Source of the DNA: Lytechinus pictus
Taxonomy: Eukaryota
Length of the DNA: 64,000 nucleotides
Direction: 5' to 3'
NCBI RefSeq assembly: GCF_037042905.1
Contig: NC_087250.1
Span: 11,348,001 to 11,412,000 of the forward strand
Part shown: positions 1 through 12,458 of the stretch, in pieces
Numbering within the stretch: position 1 is the first letter of the stretch
Layout: the number at the start of each line of letters is the position of its first letter
The notes under the pieces: model-generated
Seen by the model: only the letters and a program-made list of their open reading frames with translations
The model's database searches: none
What the model was told of the DNA's origin: nothing
Translations under genes and position numbers: made by a program

Positions 1-1900
1 TTTATTGAATAGACAGAATCAAGCTTTATATTGACATTCCTCTAAGGAATAGTCCAAACAATATTAGAATATAATTTCATTTGGTTGTATACTCACATTC
101 TGTCAATTACGATGAGGAAAAAGAGAAAGAATAACAAAATGAAAAAAAAAACATTGAAGAATATTTTCAAAAACGTACTTTGAAACGTACTTGAAACTAT
201 TTGTATGGTTTCAGAAGTGGTCTGATTATAAAAAAGGTAATTTCAGAGAATAAAAAAATAAAAATGATTAAATGTCAGTACACTAAATAATATAAATAAT
301 ATTCGTACTTATACTCCGGGTTGATCAAGGTGACCTTACGTTGTATTTAACATATCTAATTTCATGAAGATTTTTTTTCCATTAATATATTAAATAGACG
401 TAAATCAAGCTTATTGACTTTCCTCTAAACAATAGTCCAAAGTACATTAAAATATGAATACATGAACGTGTATACTTACGCACTGTCAAATAAGATAAGG
501 AAAAAAAAAAGAATAACAAGAATATATAAACATTAAAGAATATTCTCGGAAACATAATTAGAAACGTACTTGGAACTATTCGTAAGGTTTCAGAAATTGG
601 TCTGATTTAAGAAAAGTAATGTTAGAGAATCAAAAAATATAATTGTTTTATTGTCAGTACACTAAACATCAATGGATTTTTGTTCGTACTTATACTCCGG
701 GTTGATCAAGGTGACCTTACGTTGTATTGAACATATCTTATTTTATGAAGATTTTTTTCCCATTGATATATTAAATAGACAGATATCAAGCTTATTGACT
801 TTCCTCTAAACAATCGTCCAAAGTACATTTAAATATGAATACATGAACGTGTATACTTACGCACTGTCAAAAAAGATAAGGAAAAGAGAACAAATAACAA
901 GAAAATAAAAACATTAAGGAATATTCTCGAAAACATTATTAGAAACGTACTTGGAACTATTCGTAAGGTTTCAGAGGTTGGTCTGATTTAAAAAAGTAAT
1001 TTAAGAGAATAACAAAATATAATTGTTTATTGTCAGGACACTAAACATCAATGGATTTTTGTTCGTAGTTATACTCCGGGTTGATCAAGGCGACCTTACG
1101 TTGAATTGAACAACATATCTAATTCCATGAAGATTTTTTTCCATTGATATATTAAATACACAGAAATCAAACTTATTGACTTTCTTCTAAAGAATAGTCC
1201 AAACTACATTAAAATATAATTTCATTTGGTTGTATACTCAAACTCTTTCAATTAAGATGAGGAAAAAGAGAAAGAATAACAACAATGTGAAAACATTAAG
1301 GAAATTTTGCGAAAACGTACTTGGAACTATTCGTGTGGTTTCAGAGGTTGGTCTGATATATAATAAGTAATTTCAGAAAAGCAAAAAATATAATTGTTTT
1401 ATTGTCAGTGCACTAAATATACATGGATTTTTGTTCGTACTTATACTCCGGGTTGATAAAGGTGACCTTACGTTGTATTGAACATATCTAATTTTTATGA
1501 AGATTTTTTTTCCATTCAAATATTAAATAGACAGAAATCAAGCTTATTGACTTTCCTCTAAACAATAGTCCAAAAAACATTAAAATATGAACACATGAAA
1601 TTGTATACTTACGCCCTGTCAAATAAGATAAGGAAAGGAGAAAGAATAACAAGAATATAAAAATATTAAGGAAACTTCTCGAAAACGTACTTCATAACGT
1701 ACTTGGAACTATTCTTATGGTTTCAGAGGTTGGTCTGAATTAAAAAAAAGTACTTTTAGAGAATCGAAAAATAGAATTGTTTTATTGTCATGACACTAAA
1801 CATCAATGGATTTTTGTTCGTACTTATACTCCGGGTTGATCAAGGTGACCTTACGTTGTATTGAACATATCTTATTTCATGATGATTTTTTTCCATTGAA
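1..1900. repeat. Satellite, ~378-bp unit, about 5 copies
   Basis: Motif CGTACTTATACTCCGGGTTGATCAAGGTGACCTTACG (or a close variant) recurs at about 304, 686, 1064, 1436 and 1818; the array resumes at 15498. Confidence 0.95.
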
Positions 1901-1902
1901 AG

Positions 1903-2031
1903 TGTTAAGTCTGCTACGAACTCATACAAAATGTAGACTACAGGCGTATGTGCAGTTTCATTTGGTTCATTTTAATGAGATCAAACTATCCAGAGAAGTA
2001 TCTCATATCGAAGAAAAACTCTCCCTTCCAA
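1903..2031 (-). repeat. Truncated 3' LTR (129 bp)
   Basis: Matches 15113-15241 with one mismatch, then diverges abruptly. Confidence 0.9.
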
Positions 2032-3659
2032 ACAAACAAACTGTAAACCAGGCGAAGTTAAATTCAATTCAATTAAATTCTGGTCTTGTGAAAAATGATA
2101 CACGACAAAAGTCCGAAGACTCATATTATCTACAAAGAAAAAATGTACCTGTATGTCATTAAGAGTTAGGTTCCGAACAGATTACAATGTATCAAAATAA
2201 TATAGTGCCAGACAAATAATCTACATATAAAACCAGAAAATCGATTTGGAAAATCTCAAAGAAAGAATACAAATGACTGAAATTATAACATTGTAAAATT
2301 CATTCAGGTCTAGAAATTGAAACTAAAACCAAGGAGACAAGAAAATGAAGTGTCTGAAACCCTGTTAATTCAAAAAGACTGTTAACAGCAAAATCAGCAA
2401 AGTTTAAAGTAAAATATAAATGTACATTTATTCATGCTCCTAAATATGATATCAAGAGGGAGTAAAACAAAAAAAAAACACTTGCGAATAGCAAGACAAA
2501 ACAAATAGTACATAAACCTTCAGAATTATCAACCTGATCAATGTCGTGAATAATTGCAATTTGGAACCTGTTTCAGAGTAAAGTTTCTTAACAATGGTGG
2601 ATGCAAATTACAGTCATCATTAATTGCCTAATAAGGAAATTAAAAACAAATTATAACCAAATGTTCCCCACACCCTGAAGAAGAGAAAAAGATAAAAAAG
2701 ATATATATGTATATATACATATGAAGAGCCATTGGAACCATGACACAACGACATCTCCTAAAATCAGAGAGGTGTGAAACTTGAAAAAAAAGGAGCAGAT
2801 ATACTCTCATCAGGGGCAATTTTAAACATGTGTATATATAGACCACCTACAAAATGGCTCAACAGAATAGAAACAGAAAGACATTTTAAACAAAAGGCAA
2901 TGTGCCGATAGGAATAAGTACTGTAGGCATATATGTAAGACAGCAACAATACATGTTTACATAAATAAAAAAAACATAGCAAACAAAGCAAGTACACATG
3001 TACTATCAAGAATTTAACACATGAGAACATTTGCAAGATTAAAAAAACATAAAGCAAAGAAAACTTATACTAGTCCAATAGAATAGAATAGGAGAGAGTG
3101 AAGAGAAAAAAAATCAAGAGAGGAAAGAGTGAAGAAAGAAATAACATCAAATATATACACGGAACAATGTATAACGAGAGAGTACATGTACAAAATTCTA
3201 GTTCTATACTATCAATGAAACAATATGTAGGGAGATAAACAAAATCATAAGTTCCTCTAGAGACAGACAAACCTACACACCAACTCTCTGTAATTTATCA
3301 CATCAATAAAACGCATTGGTATCAAGTGGCCTTCACCACCAACTCCACAACATGTAGCTGGCCTGGATGAAAAATGAGGGAGAAAGAGAGAGAAAGGGGG
3401 GGGGGGGGTGGGAGACATACAGACTGCACGCAGACAGAGAGATGTTGGGGGAAAAAATGCCAAAGAGGGTAAACAGCTGAGACCATTGGTCAGAACCAGA
3501 CACATGTAACCATGCCAACAGGAAAGTCGACAGGCAGAAAAAGAAAGAAATTGGATTGAGAGTTTCGTCAAGAGTGAAAATGAAATAGGGACAGGGTTGA
3601 AAGAATAATCAGAAAGCCAGAAAAATAATAGCAAATTGGTAACAATAGGATGGAACATA

Positions 3660-4091
3660 CGGTTACACTTCGTATTTCCGAAGGTTCGTAATTCCGAAGG
3701 TTCTTTATTCCGAAGGTTCGTACTTCCGAAACACGCAAATTGCCTATACCTCGATGTTCGTTAATCCGAAAACGTAAAAGGGTTCGTTAATCCGATCATT
3801 TGTGGCGTTATTCCGAAGGTTCGATAATACGAAAACGAAATAAGGTTCGATGTTCCGAAAACTGAATAAGGTTAGTTAATCATTTAGTTTTGGACTAACG
3901 AACCTTCGGAATTACGAACCTCATTTCTTTTTCGGATTAACGAACATTCGGAACAACGAACCTTATTTCGTTTTCGGATTAACGAACCATCGGAATTACG
4001 AACCTTCGAAAATACGAACCTTCGGAATAACAAACCTTCGGAATATCCGAACCTTCGGAATAACGAAGCTTCGGAATTACGAATGTATGCG
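3660..4091. mobile_element. Palindromic foldback MITE built from TTCCGAAGGTTCG-type repeats
   Basis: The left half repeats TTCCGAAGGTTCG and the right half repeats its complement. Direct repeat GGAACATA(C) at 3652 and 4092 gives an 8-9 bp TSD. Confidence 0.85.
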
Positions 4092-4232
4092 GGAACATAC
4101 ACTGTACTATTAAATCCTAAATAAAACATGACATAAAACAATAATAATCTTAACATACACATTTGTATAACATTACTGAGCAAGATGCTACATGTCAAAC
4201 AAAATATGACATACATTCTTCTTATCGGAAAC

Positions 4233-6733
4233 TTAGTTGTTTGTTTGGACGGAACGGGACGTTGATTTGTTTTGAGTTCCAGATCGCACTTGTTTCTGCA
4301 GTAAAGTAACCCACCCAGGTATATCGTTACTGAGATATTGTTTCAATCTGTTATGGTGGATTACTTTTGGTTTTCCCTTGTTTTGCCGAATTTCAAACAA
4401 CAAATCACTCAAAACTCTTGTTACAACGTATGGTCCCTTCCACTTCTCAGGGTTCAGTTTGGGGCTCAAACCCTTTTGTTTAGTAGAATCCAAACAGTAA
4501 ACTAAGTCTCCCAAGTCAAATGTATTGTGAGCAATCCTCACATCATGGTCTGGTTTCTGCTTCTCCGCAGTTTTGCCAATCTGCTCTCTAGCAATTTGGT
4601 AAACTTCTTCCAAGTGTTGTTGTAACTTAACTACATACTCTTCAGGACATGACTATTGGTTGGCTCTAATTCCCAAATTGATTTCAAGAGGTGTCTTTAC
4701 TTCCCTACCCAACATGAGGTAATTTGGTGTAAATCCAGTCCCTTCATGGACTGTGCTGCGATATGCAGAAGTCAAAAGGTTAAGATTTACATCCCAATCT
4801 TTCTGATGTTTACTAACAAAGGAGGAAATCATATTGACCATAGTCTGATTAAACCTTTCAATGAAACCATTAGATTGAGGGTGATAGCTAGAGGTTCTGG
4901 TTGTGTGAATTTCAAAAAGGTGACAAATTTCCTGAAACAATGAAGCTTCGAATGAGCGGCCCTGATCAGAATGTAATTCAAAAGGAGTGACAAATCGGCA
5001 TATGAATTCGTTAACAATTTTGTTCGCTATCGTCGGGGAGCACTGGTCAGGGATGGCATAAGCCTCTAACCACTTAGTGAATGTATCACCAACAACAAGA
5101 ACATATTTGTTACCTTGATCAGATTGAGGGAATGGCCCTAATATGTCAATTGCTATACGATCCATGGGGGCGAATTGTTGGTAATTTTTGAGGGGTGCAT
5201 GGGGTGTCTTGGGGGGGGGGCCTCTTTCGAGCACCGCATACATGACAAGCTCTTATGTAATTACGTACTGTATCTTTCATGAGGTACCAATAGTAATTCT
5301 GCTTAATCCGACTGAGAGACTTCTTGAAACCCAAATGCCCTGCCATAACCGCATCATGGTTAGCTTCAAGTATGGTGTTGATTAAAGACTTCGGTACTAC
5401 CAATGTTAACCGTACGCGAGATGACCCTTCATCCCATTTCTTAAATAGTACACCATCAATAACTACAAGTTGTTTCCATAGCAACCATAGATGCCTAACT
5501 ACAGGGCTCTTATCATGAACTTGTTCTCTACCCGGTCTTACTGCTGTCTCTGTAAGCCAGCGTAGTACAATACTGATATATTTGTCTTGCCTTTGAAGAG
5601 AAGAAACATTATTAGCAGTAACTCCAATGTCATTGAAAATATGCGGCCCAGAATTACTCATGGCATTCGCGGAAGTTTCACGTCCGCAGGGCATATTTAA
5701 AAGTCTGTTAGAATCACAATTAACAGAATTTCCTCTTTTTCTGGCTTGTTTCCTAGTGGTTACTTGCCTTATATAGGTTGTAAATGATGGTAGACAGAAA
5801 ACATTACGCATAAGGTTATATCAGGAAGACATTACACTTATAATCATCTGTATCATTATCATTACATAACTAAATACCCACCCAATATCTGAAACATACT
5901 GCAAGCTCTCTGGCTCTGATTTCTGCTTGATTTTGGCACCTCTAATTTGCACCGTTGCCGATCCTGCACTTCTCTTCGCGCCGTCTCCAAAATGACGCGC
6001 ACTGCAGCGACGCACTCGCTCATTTATCGTTAACGGCATCACATCATCAAGCTCCATGAAATCAGACCAGGCTGCATGTTGTTTCCTACAGTGCTTACAT
6101 CCATTACAAGGAAGAGAATTCAACATATCCTTTCCATCATAGCACTCACACATTTCTGGGCTACATGGTACACGAGATAAAGCATCGGCATTCGCATGAC
6201 TGCGACCTGCACGATGCTGCATCTTAAAGTTGAATTGCGATAAGATTTCTAACCATCTAGCCATTTGGTTGGATGGCTCTCGAAAGGACATTATCCACCT
6301 AAGAGCACTATGATCATTTCTCACAACAAATTCACGTCCAAGCAGATAGTGTCGAAATTGATTGACAAATGTCACGACAGCGAGAAGTTCCCGGCGAGTT
6401 ACACAATAGCGTCGCTGTGACTTCGTCAGAGATTTACTGGCGAAAACTATTGGCCGCTCCTGGAAACTTTTCTGTAAAGGACCCCACTGCATCTGCAATA
6501 GCGATGCTCCAATACCAAAGTCAGATGCATCGGTATCTAGAATGAAGGTTCCTTCGTTTAGGGGGTATGCCATAACATTGTCACTTGTGAGTGACCTTTT
6601 AAGCTCTGAAAAAGCACTTTCACATGAATCGGACCATTCAAATGGCACTCCAGACTCAAGCAAGTAATTAAGCGGCCGTGCAATTCTAGCAAAGTTTCTG
6701 ATGAACCTACGGTAGTAAGAGCACAGCCCTAAT
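4233..6733 (-). pseudogene. pol: Gypsy pol 3' part: RT connection, RNase H, integrase, GPY/F module (disrupted)
   Basis: LGLCSYYRRFI, DTDASDFGIGA, HDAVMAGHLG...CHVC, IDILGP, HSDQG, ERFN, KWKGPY. Confidence 0.92.
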
Positions 6734-8520
6734 CTCTTTCACATTTTCGCCGTATCTGCTCCGAGGACCCTGATTTTTCCTTCCATACCAGGAATTTGCA
6801 GAAACATCTCTGTGCCAGGGGCCACGGGGCCAGGGCAGTCCAACTGGCAATCAACAAAGTTCGTTCTCTCCCCAGATCTGAAGTTCTCAAACCCAAAAGT
6901 GACAAGAAGACTACCGACAGAATACCGCTTGTGACCACCTTCCATCCCAATCTACCCCATCTCCGCAAAATCCTGTGTGATAACCACCACATTTTACACA
7001 CTTCTGATCGTCTCCAACAGGCCGTTCCCGATACTCCCCTTCTAGCATACCGACGACCACCGAATCTCAGGGACCTCATTGTTCGTGCTGAATTGCCCTC
7101 CCTCACTAACCATTCTTCTCCCATACAGCATGGCACCTTCAAATGCACCAGCAACAGGTGTATTATATGTGAAATACACATTCACGAGGGCGACACTCTC
7201 ACCAGCAACTCTACCAGCCTTTCTCACCAAACCAAGGGCAACATCACATGCACTACCACTAATGTTGTATATCTCATCACTTGCAGAGTTTGTAGGATAC
7301 AATACGTAGGGGAACCAAGACCACACTCAAGAAACGATTCTACGGGCACAGATCCACCGTCAACACAGCAAAGCTGGACACTCCAGTTGGCCACCATTTT
7401 AACCTTCCCAACCACTCCATCACTGACATGATGCTACAGGGCATCGAATCTTTAGGTACCCGTCCTGACTCAGTCCGTACTAGCAGAGAGAAGTTCTGGA
7501 TGAGACGACTTCGCACCATCCAACCTCATGGCCTGAACATTCAAGAGGGGAACGACTGATTTGTCCACTTTCCATTTGTGTACACATATAATGTTTCCCC
7601 TCAGCTCTTTTAGATTAGTTACATTATAGTTTCTGCCAATACTTTCCTCCCATATCTCAAACAAGCTCAGCTCCAATTTTTCCTCCCTTATTCAGACGAT
7701 ATTATAATTATTATTATATATATATATTTTTTTTCTCTCTCTCCACTCACCTCTTAGATTTACCTCTTATTCATTTTGCTTATTTTAATGTTTACTATGT
7801 TTTTTTTCTTAATACACCCCCTCTCTCATACAGCATCAGCTTCTTTATTTGCTTTTACCCTTTTAGGCAATTTACTTCCCTTCCATTTATACAGGTTTCT
7901 GGGTTTTTTTTCCCCTCACACCCAGCGGATTGCTATATCAGTTACACGTCTTGTATATATATATATAATTTTCTTTTCATATACATTCCCTTTTGGAAAT
8001 ATTTACATACTTTTATTCTTACAGGTTTATTTTTACACTTCTCTTAGTTTGTTTATTACTCCATCATACATACTTATGTCTTTTGCACATTATCAGTTGT
8101 TCCCCATTCTTTCCCTTTTCCCCACTCTTATGCACCAGTTTATTATGCCTTTCTTTGTTACCTGTTTGACCCACCTCTCACTAATTCTCTTGTTATTCAT
8201 CCCTTCCTCATACCCTCTAACACTGTTTTGTTCCAGATCCTGTTTGATGTTGCCTGCCTCACATCTTAATCCCTCTTGGCTTGAGGTCTTTCTTTGACCT
8301 TACACTAACTTCCCTTTGTGTCTGCCCACTCCTTTTCTTTCATCCCCTTCATTAACCTGATTGGTCATCTCTTCTCACTAATGCCCCTTTTGTCTCCTTG
8401 TTTCTAGTGTTGCTGTTGAATGTTTGTGGTCTATATTATGGTTGTTCTACTTTACATGTTTGTCATTTTGCCTCCGACGAAGATTCTGCTAGGATCGAAA
8501 GCTTAGGCCCCTTTTGACTC
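6734..8520 (+). mobile_element. 5'-truncated Penelope-like element (RT thumb + GIY-YIG endonuclease + 3' pseudo-LTR)
   Basis: RRICS...IPLVTTFHP...YRRPPNLRD...NVVYLITC..C..QYVGE; after a frameshift RFYGHR...REKFW...GLN, with the stop at 7559. Confidence 0.92.
8470..8508 (+). ncRNA. Minimal type I hammerhead ribozyme motif of the Penelope pLTR
   Basis: GCCT-CCGACGA-A-GATTC-tgcta-GGATC-GAAA-GCTT-AGGC: stem I, core with a U4C variant, stem II, GAAA and a palindromic stem III. Confidence 0.75.
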
Positions 8521-10035
8521 TCTAATTTTTAATAATAATAATAATAATAATGGTGGCTACTTATATAGCGCACAGGTCCGCATTTCGGTGCTCATGGCGC
8601 TTCAAGGAAAATAAACACAAAACACAACAACTATAGAAAACAAACAAGAATGGAATTGGAATTCTCCTGAATGAACATAATATTAAACTGTTAATGGGAG
8701 ATTAAGTAAGTTTTCAACTGGGATTTGAATGTTTCTGTTGATGAAATTTGGCGTAATTGGATAGGCAGTTGATTCCATAGCTTTGGTCCTATAACAGAGA
8801 ATGCATGGTCCCCCATTTGTGTTTTGTTCTGGGCGTTTGGAGCAATAGAGTATCAGATGATGAGCGAAGACTACGCGAAGGCTGATATTTTGAGATAGAG
8901 CTGCTGAGATATGTGGGGAAGATAGAATAAATTGAATGATGTATTAGTAAAAGAATTTTGAAAGTGATTCTTTTACCAACAGGCAGCCAATGTAAGGACT
9001 GGAGGATTGGCGAGATGGAGTCATACTTTTTAGTGTAAGTTAGGAGACGGGCAGCAGAGTTTTGTAGACGTTGAAGTTTCGTCAAATCTTTTTGTGGGAG
9101 GTTACAGAACAATGAGTTTGAAAAATCTAAACGGGAGGAAATTAAAGCATGGATAAGTATCTCGGCTGCAGGTTTAGACAGTGACTTTCTGATGAAACTT
9201 AAATTACGTAGTTGATATCTGACATTTTGTTGGACTTGTGTGATATGGTTGCGAAAAGTCATTTCCTGATCAAATATAACCCCAAGATTACGGGCTGTTT
9301 TAGACGGAGTGATACAAGAGCTACCAAGATGGATATGACATGACTGAAAGTCAATTTTACCAAGCATAAACTTTGATCCAAGTATTAAGAATTCTCATTT
9401 ATCATCATTCAGTTTCAGAAAATTAGATACAAGCCATGTCTTAAGGTCTTGTAGACATGCTTCAAGTTTTGTGATAGCAGAGTTCAGTGATGACATTGAG
9501 GGTTGAAAAGACAAATAGAGTTGTATGTCGTCGGCATAACAATGGTTTTTTTAAGCCATGTTTACGAAATATCTTGCTGATTGGTTGCATATAGAGGGAA
9601 TAGAGCAGTGGACCTCCAACAGAGCCCTGGGGTACCCCAAACTTCAGAGTAGTTAAACCTGAGATAGAACTACCGATTCTAACATATTGAGATCGTTCTG
9701 ATAGATAGGATATGAACCAAGCAAGGGAAGTCCCCTTGATACCTAATGAGTTCAGCCTTTCAATTAGGATAGTGTGATCTACTGTGTCAAATGCTGCACT
9801 CATATCAAGCATAATGAGTGCCGTAATGTTGCCATTATCCATTTCTCTATAAATAGTATCTGATAAGTTAACTAGTAGTGTTTCTACACTATGACCAGGC
9901 TTGTACGCGGATTGATGTGGGTCAAGTAACTCATCATCTTGTAAATATGATGTTAGTTGTGAGAAAACAACTCTTTCCAGTAGTTTACCTAAGGAAGACA
10001 GGTTTGATATCGGGCGGTAATTTTTCAAACACTCT

Positions 10036-12099
10036 TTATCTAAGCCTGATTTTTTCAGCGTCGGATGGATGACAGCTTTTTTTACAGATCTGTGGTACAA
10101 CTCCCGAACTAAGACTTGTATTTACTATTCTAGTAATGACAGGCAACATAACTGTGGAACATTTCTTAACCAAATCTGTTGGGATTGGGTCAAGTTCACA
10201 TGATTTGTTTGGATAATTTTTTATAAATACTTCCATTTCACTGATAGTGACAGGTCGAAATTCCCTCAATTCTGACTTAGTTTCGCTAACAGTGTCATTT
10301 GAGTGTAAGGCAGGAGTTAAAAGGCACTGTCGGATTGTTAGAATCTTATCTACAAAATACTGATCGAAGCAATTTGCTAGCTCAGACTGATCACCATGAG
10401 TGAGATGTTCTGGTAAAGGAGATTTTTGTTTTCTATTAAGCAAATCATTGGCAACTTTGTACAATTTTTTTGTGTCTTTCACACAATCCTCAATCTTTTT
10501 CGAATGGTATTGTAACTTAGCATTCTTTATCAAAGTATTGACACGTTGCTTTTGGTCACGATATATCTGCTTGTGAATCTCCAACCTTGTGGACCTAAAT
10601 CGTCTTTCAAACTGTCTTCGAATCAATTTTTCTTGAGTAATTTCTGGGGTGTACCAATCAGTATTGGGGTGAATTGTAACCTTCAGCTGCTTCTCAGGTG
10701 CCAACTTATCAAGAGCAGAGCTGCGCAATGTATTGTACATATCCACTTCTTCATCGACACCATTAACATGTATACAACCTGATATTAGAGACTTAACATG
10801 GGTGTCATCTGCTAACTCTTTCGGGTCAACGGATTTAAAATTTTGTGTTGTTACTATTTTCTTCTGGTTGGTTTGTTTTGGAAGGCCTAAATCGCACATC
10901 AGTGCTGAATGGTCAGATATGCCTTCTACAACACAAATATTACAAAGGTTAACAGTATTCTCATTATGGGTCATGAGCAAATCTAGAACATGGCCACGGT
11001 TATGGGTTGGCTCATTAATATGTTGAGCCATGTTGTAGGCTGTTAACAACTCAGAAAATGATTTAGAAGTAGGAGTTGACAAGTCCATTGGTATGTTGAA
11101 ATCCCCTGCAATCAGCAAGTCAGAAGAACACAGGAGCTGTCCATCAAGAACATTGGAGAATTCCTCCAAGAAAGTCTGAAACTGTGTTGGAGTAGGTGGA
11201 CGATACACATTTATCAGATGCAAGACTTTCTGTTTGTGATTGAGCGACATTTGGATCATTTCAAATGATGTTATATTCGGAGAGTCCAGGATTCTGACAT
11301 CTAGTTGACTCTTGAACAGCACAGCTACCCCTCCTCCTCGTTTACCGGCTCTGGGAATGTGCTTGAAGGTAAAGCCGCATCGTGTCAGCTGACCAATCAC
11401 AGCAGCATCGTTCGGTGTGAGCCAGGTTTCACAGACAGCAACAATGTCCAACTCATGGTCAATCATGTAGTCGACAAGTTCAGCAGTTTTGTTCTTCACC
11501 GATCTTGCATTTAACATAGCAAATTTGATGTTTTTACTTGAAAAGTCTGAATTCAAGTGAGTTCTTTTTAATTTCATGGAGAGTTTCTCTACTTTATCCC
11601 TATGCTGTCTTCCTGCCCTCTTTCCTCTGCGTGTCTTCTTAACTCTGTTAATCCGCAGTGCAGTAATTTGCTGCCAAGTCTCATCATCAATCCGAAGGGT
11701 CTTGCGAGGCAGACTTATGTTGACATTGTAGGGGTTAAGTTGTAAAAGTTCTGTAACACTATACTTGTACATACATTTTGTATTGTTATCAATCATACAT
11801 GTATGATCCTTAGATACATTAGGCGAAGGGCCAGGGTTAATTTCAATATCCCCACTGGTAAGTAGTGTTAGTTGAAAAGTGGGGCTTGCATTCTTATAAT
11901 ACAAGATACATGCTTTTGAGTAACCTTTTACCCTCAAAGACATATCACTACAATTCTTCACATTAGGATATGCATTATAAGTGCATGGGGCTGTATAGAT
12001 GTGACAGGCAGCCTTACATGTACATGGAAGAAGAGTCAGAATTAGACTCATAATAAACAAACACCTCATTCCTTCCATTGTATTTACCTTTAGTATCAC
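10036..12099 (-). CDS. LINE ORF 5' part: hydrophobic leader + 2A motif + APE endonuclease (687 aa open)
   Basis: ORF track. The RT continues in shifted frames (9462..10100, 8789..9367) to about 8691. Confidence 0.85.
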   Translation of the reverse strand: MILKVNTMEGMRCLFIMSLILTLLPCTCKAACHIYTAPCTYNAYPNVKNCSDMSLRVKGYSKACILYYKNASPTFQLTLLTSGDIEINPGPSPNVSKDHTCMIDNNTKCMYKYSVTELLQLNPYNVNISLPRKTLRIDDETWQQITALRINRVKKTRRGKRAGRQHRDKVEKLSMKLKRTHLNSDFSSKNIKFAMLNARSVKNKTAELVDYMIDHELDIVAVCETWLTPNDAAVIGQLTRCGFTFKHIPRAGKRGGGVAVLFKSQLDVRILDSPNITSFEMIQMSLNHKQKVLHLINVYRPPTPTQFQTFLEEFSNVLDGQLLCSSDLLIAGDFNIPMDLSTPTSKSFSELLTAYNMAQHINEPTHNRGHVLDLLMTHNENTVNLCNICVVEGISDHSALMCDLGLPKQTNQKKIVTTQNFKSVDPKELADDTHVKSLISGCIHVNGVDEEVDMYNTLRSSALDKLAPEKQLKVTIHPNTDWYTPEITQEKLIRRQFERRFRSTRLEIHKQIYRDQKQRVNTLIKNAKLQYHSKKIEDCVKDTKKLYKVANDLLNRKQKSPLPEHLTHGDQSELANCFDQYFVDKILTIRQCLLTPALHSNDTVSETKSELREFRPVTISEMEVFIKNYPNKSCELDPIPTDLVKKCSTVMLPVITRIVNTSLSSGVVPQICKKSCHPSDAEKIRLR
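11827..11850 (-). other. 2A-like StopGo (ribosome skipping) motif DIEINPG/P
   Basis: Exact match to D(V/I)ExNPGP, preceded by FQLTLLTSG. Confidence 0.9.
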
Positions 12100-12458
12100 T
12101 TAGTTGTGAATAGACCCAGAGCTTAAGATACTTAGTAGCTCTTTCATATACAATAGGGAAAAGGCCTATTAATAATAGTGAAGTTGAGTGCACAAACATA
12201 TACTGTACATGAACATGAAAGCTGTAGTATGGCTACTGTACAATCAAGAAGTACTCAGAGAGTGTACAAACCTCAAATCCAAATTACTGATTTTCGTCCA
12301 AATTTCTGAAATACATGACACCAAAATGGTCCAGGAGATTCACAAAGCATATACAATACAGGTAACACACAACTATAAGAATGATATTCCAGAATAACTC
12401 AAGGAAATGACAAAACTTAGAGAGCACAGAGTGAAAGGCAGCCACGCAGGGCGCTCAC

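Larger units (their letters stand above)
8531..12455 (-). mobile_element. Near full-length single-ORF L2/CR1-group LINE (APE + RT), with RT frameshifts
   Basis: APE motifs (LNARS, ETW, GDFN, SDH), RT motifs (NYRPIS, DMSAAFDTVDH, GVPQGS), the L2-type C-terminus LHWLP and a (TTA)n 3' tail at 8531-8550. Confidence 0.93.

Noticed and set aside
1806..2162. 118-aa ORF
   Set aside because: It is a chance read-through across the satellite, LTR and insertion junctions.
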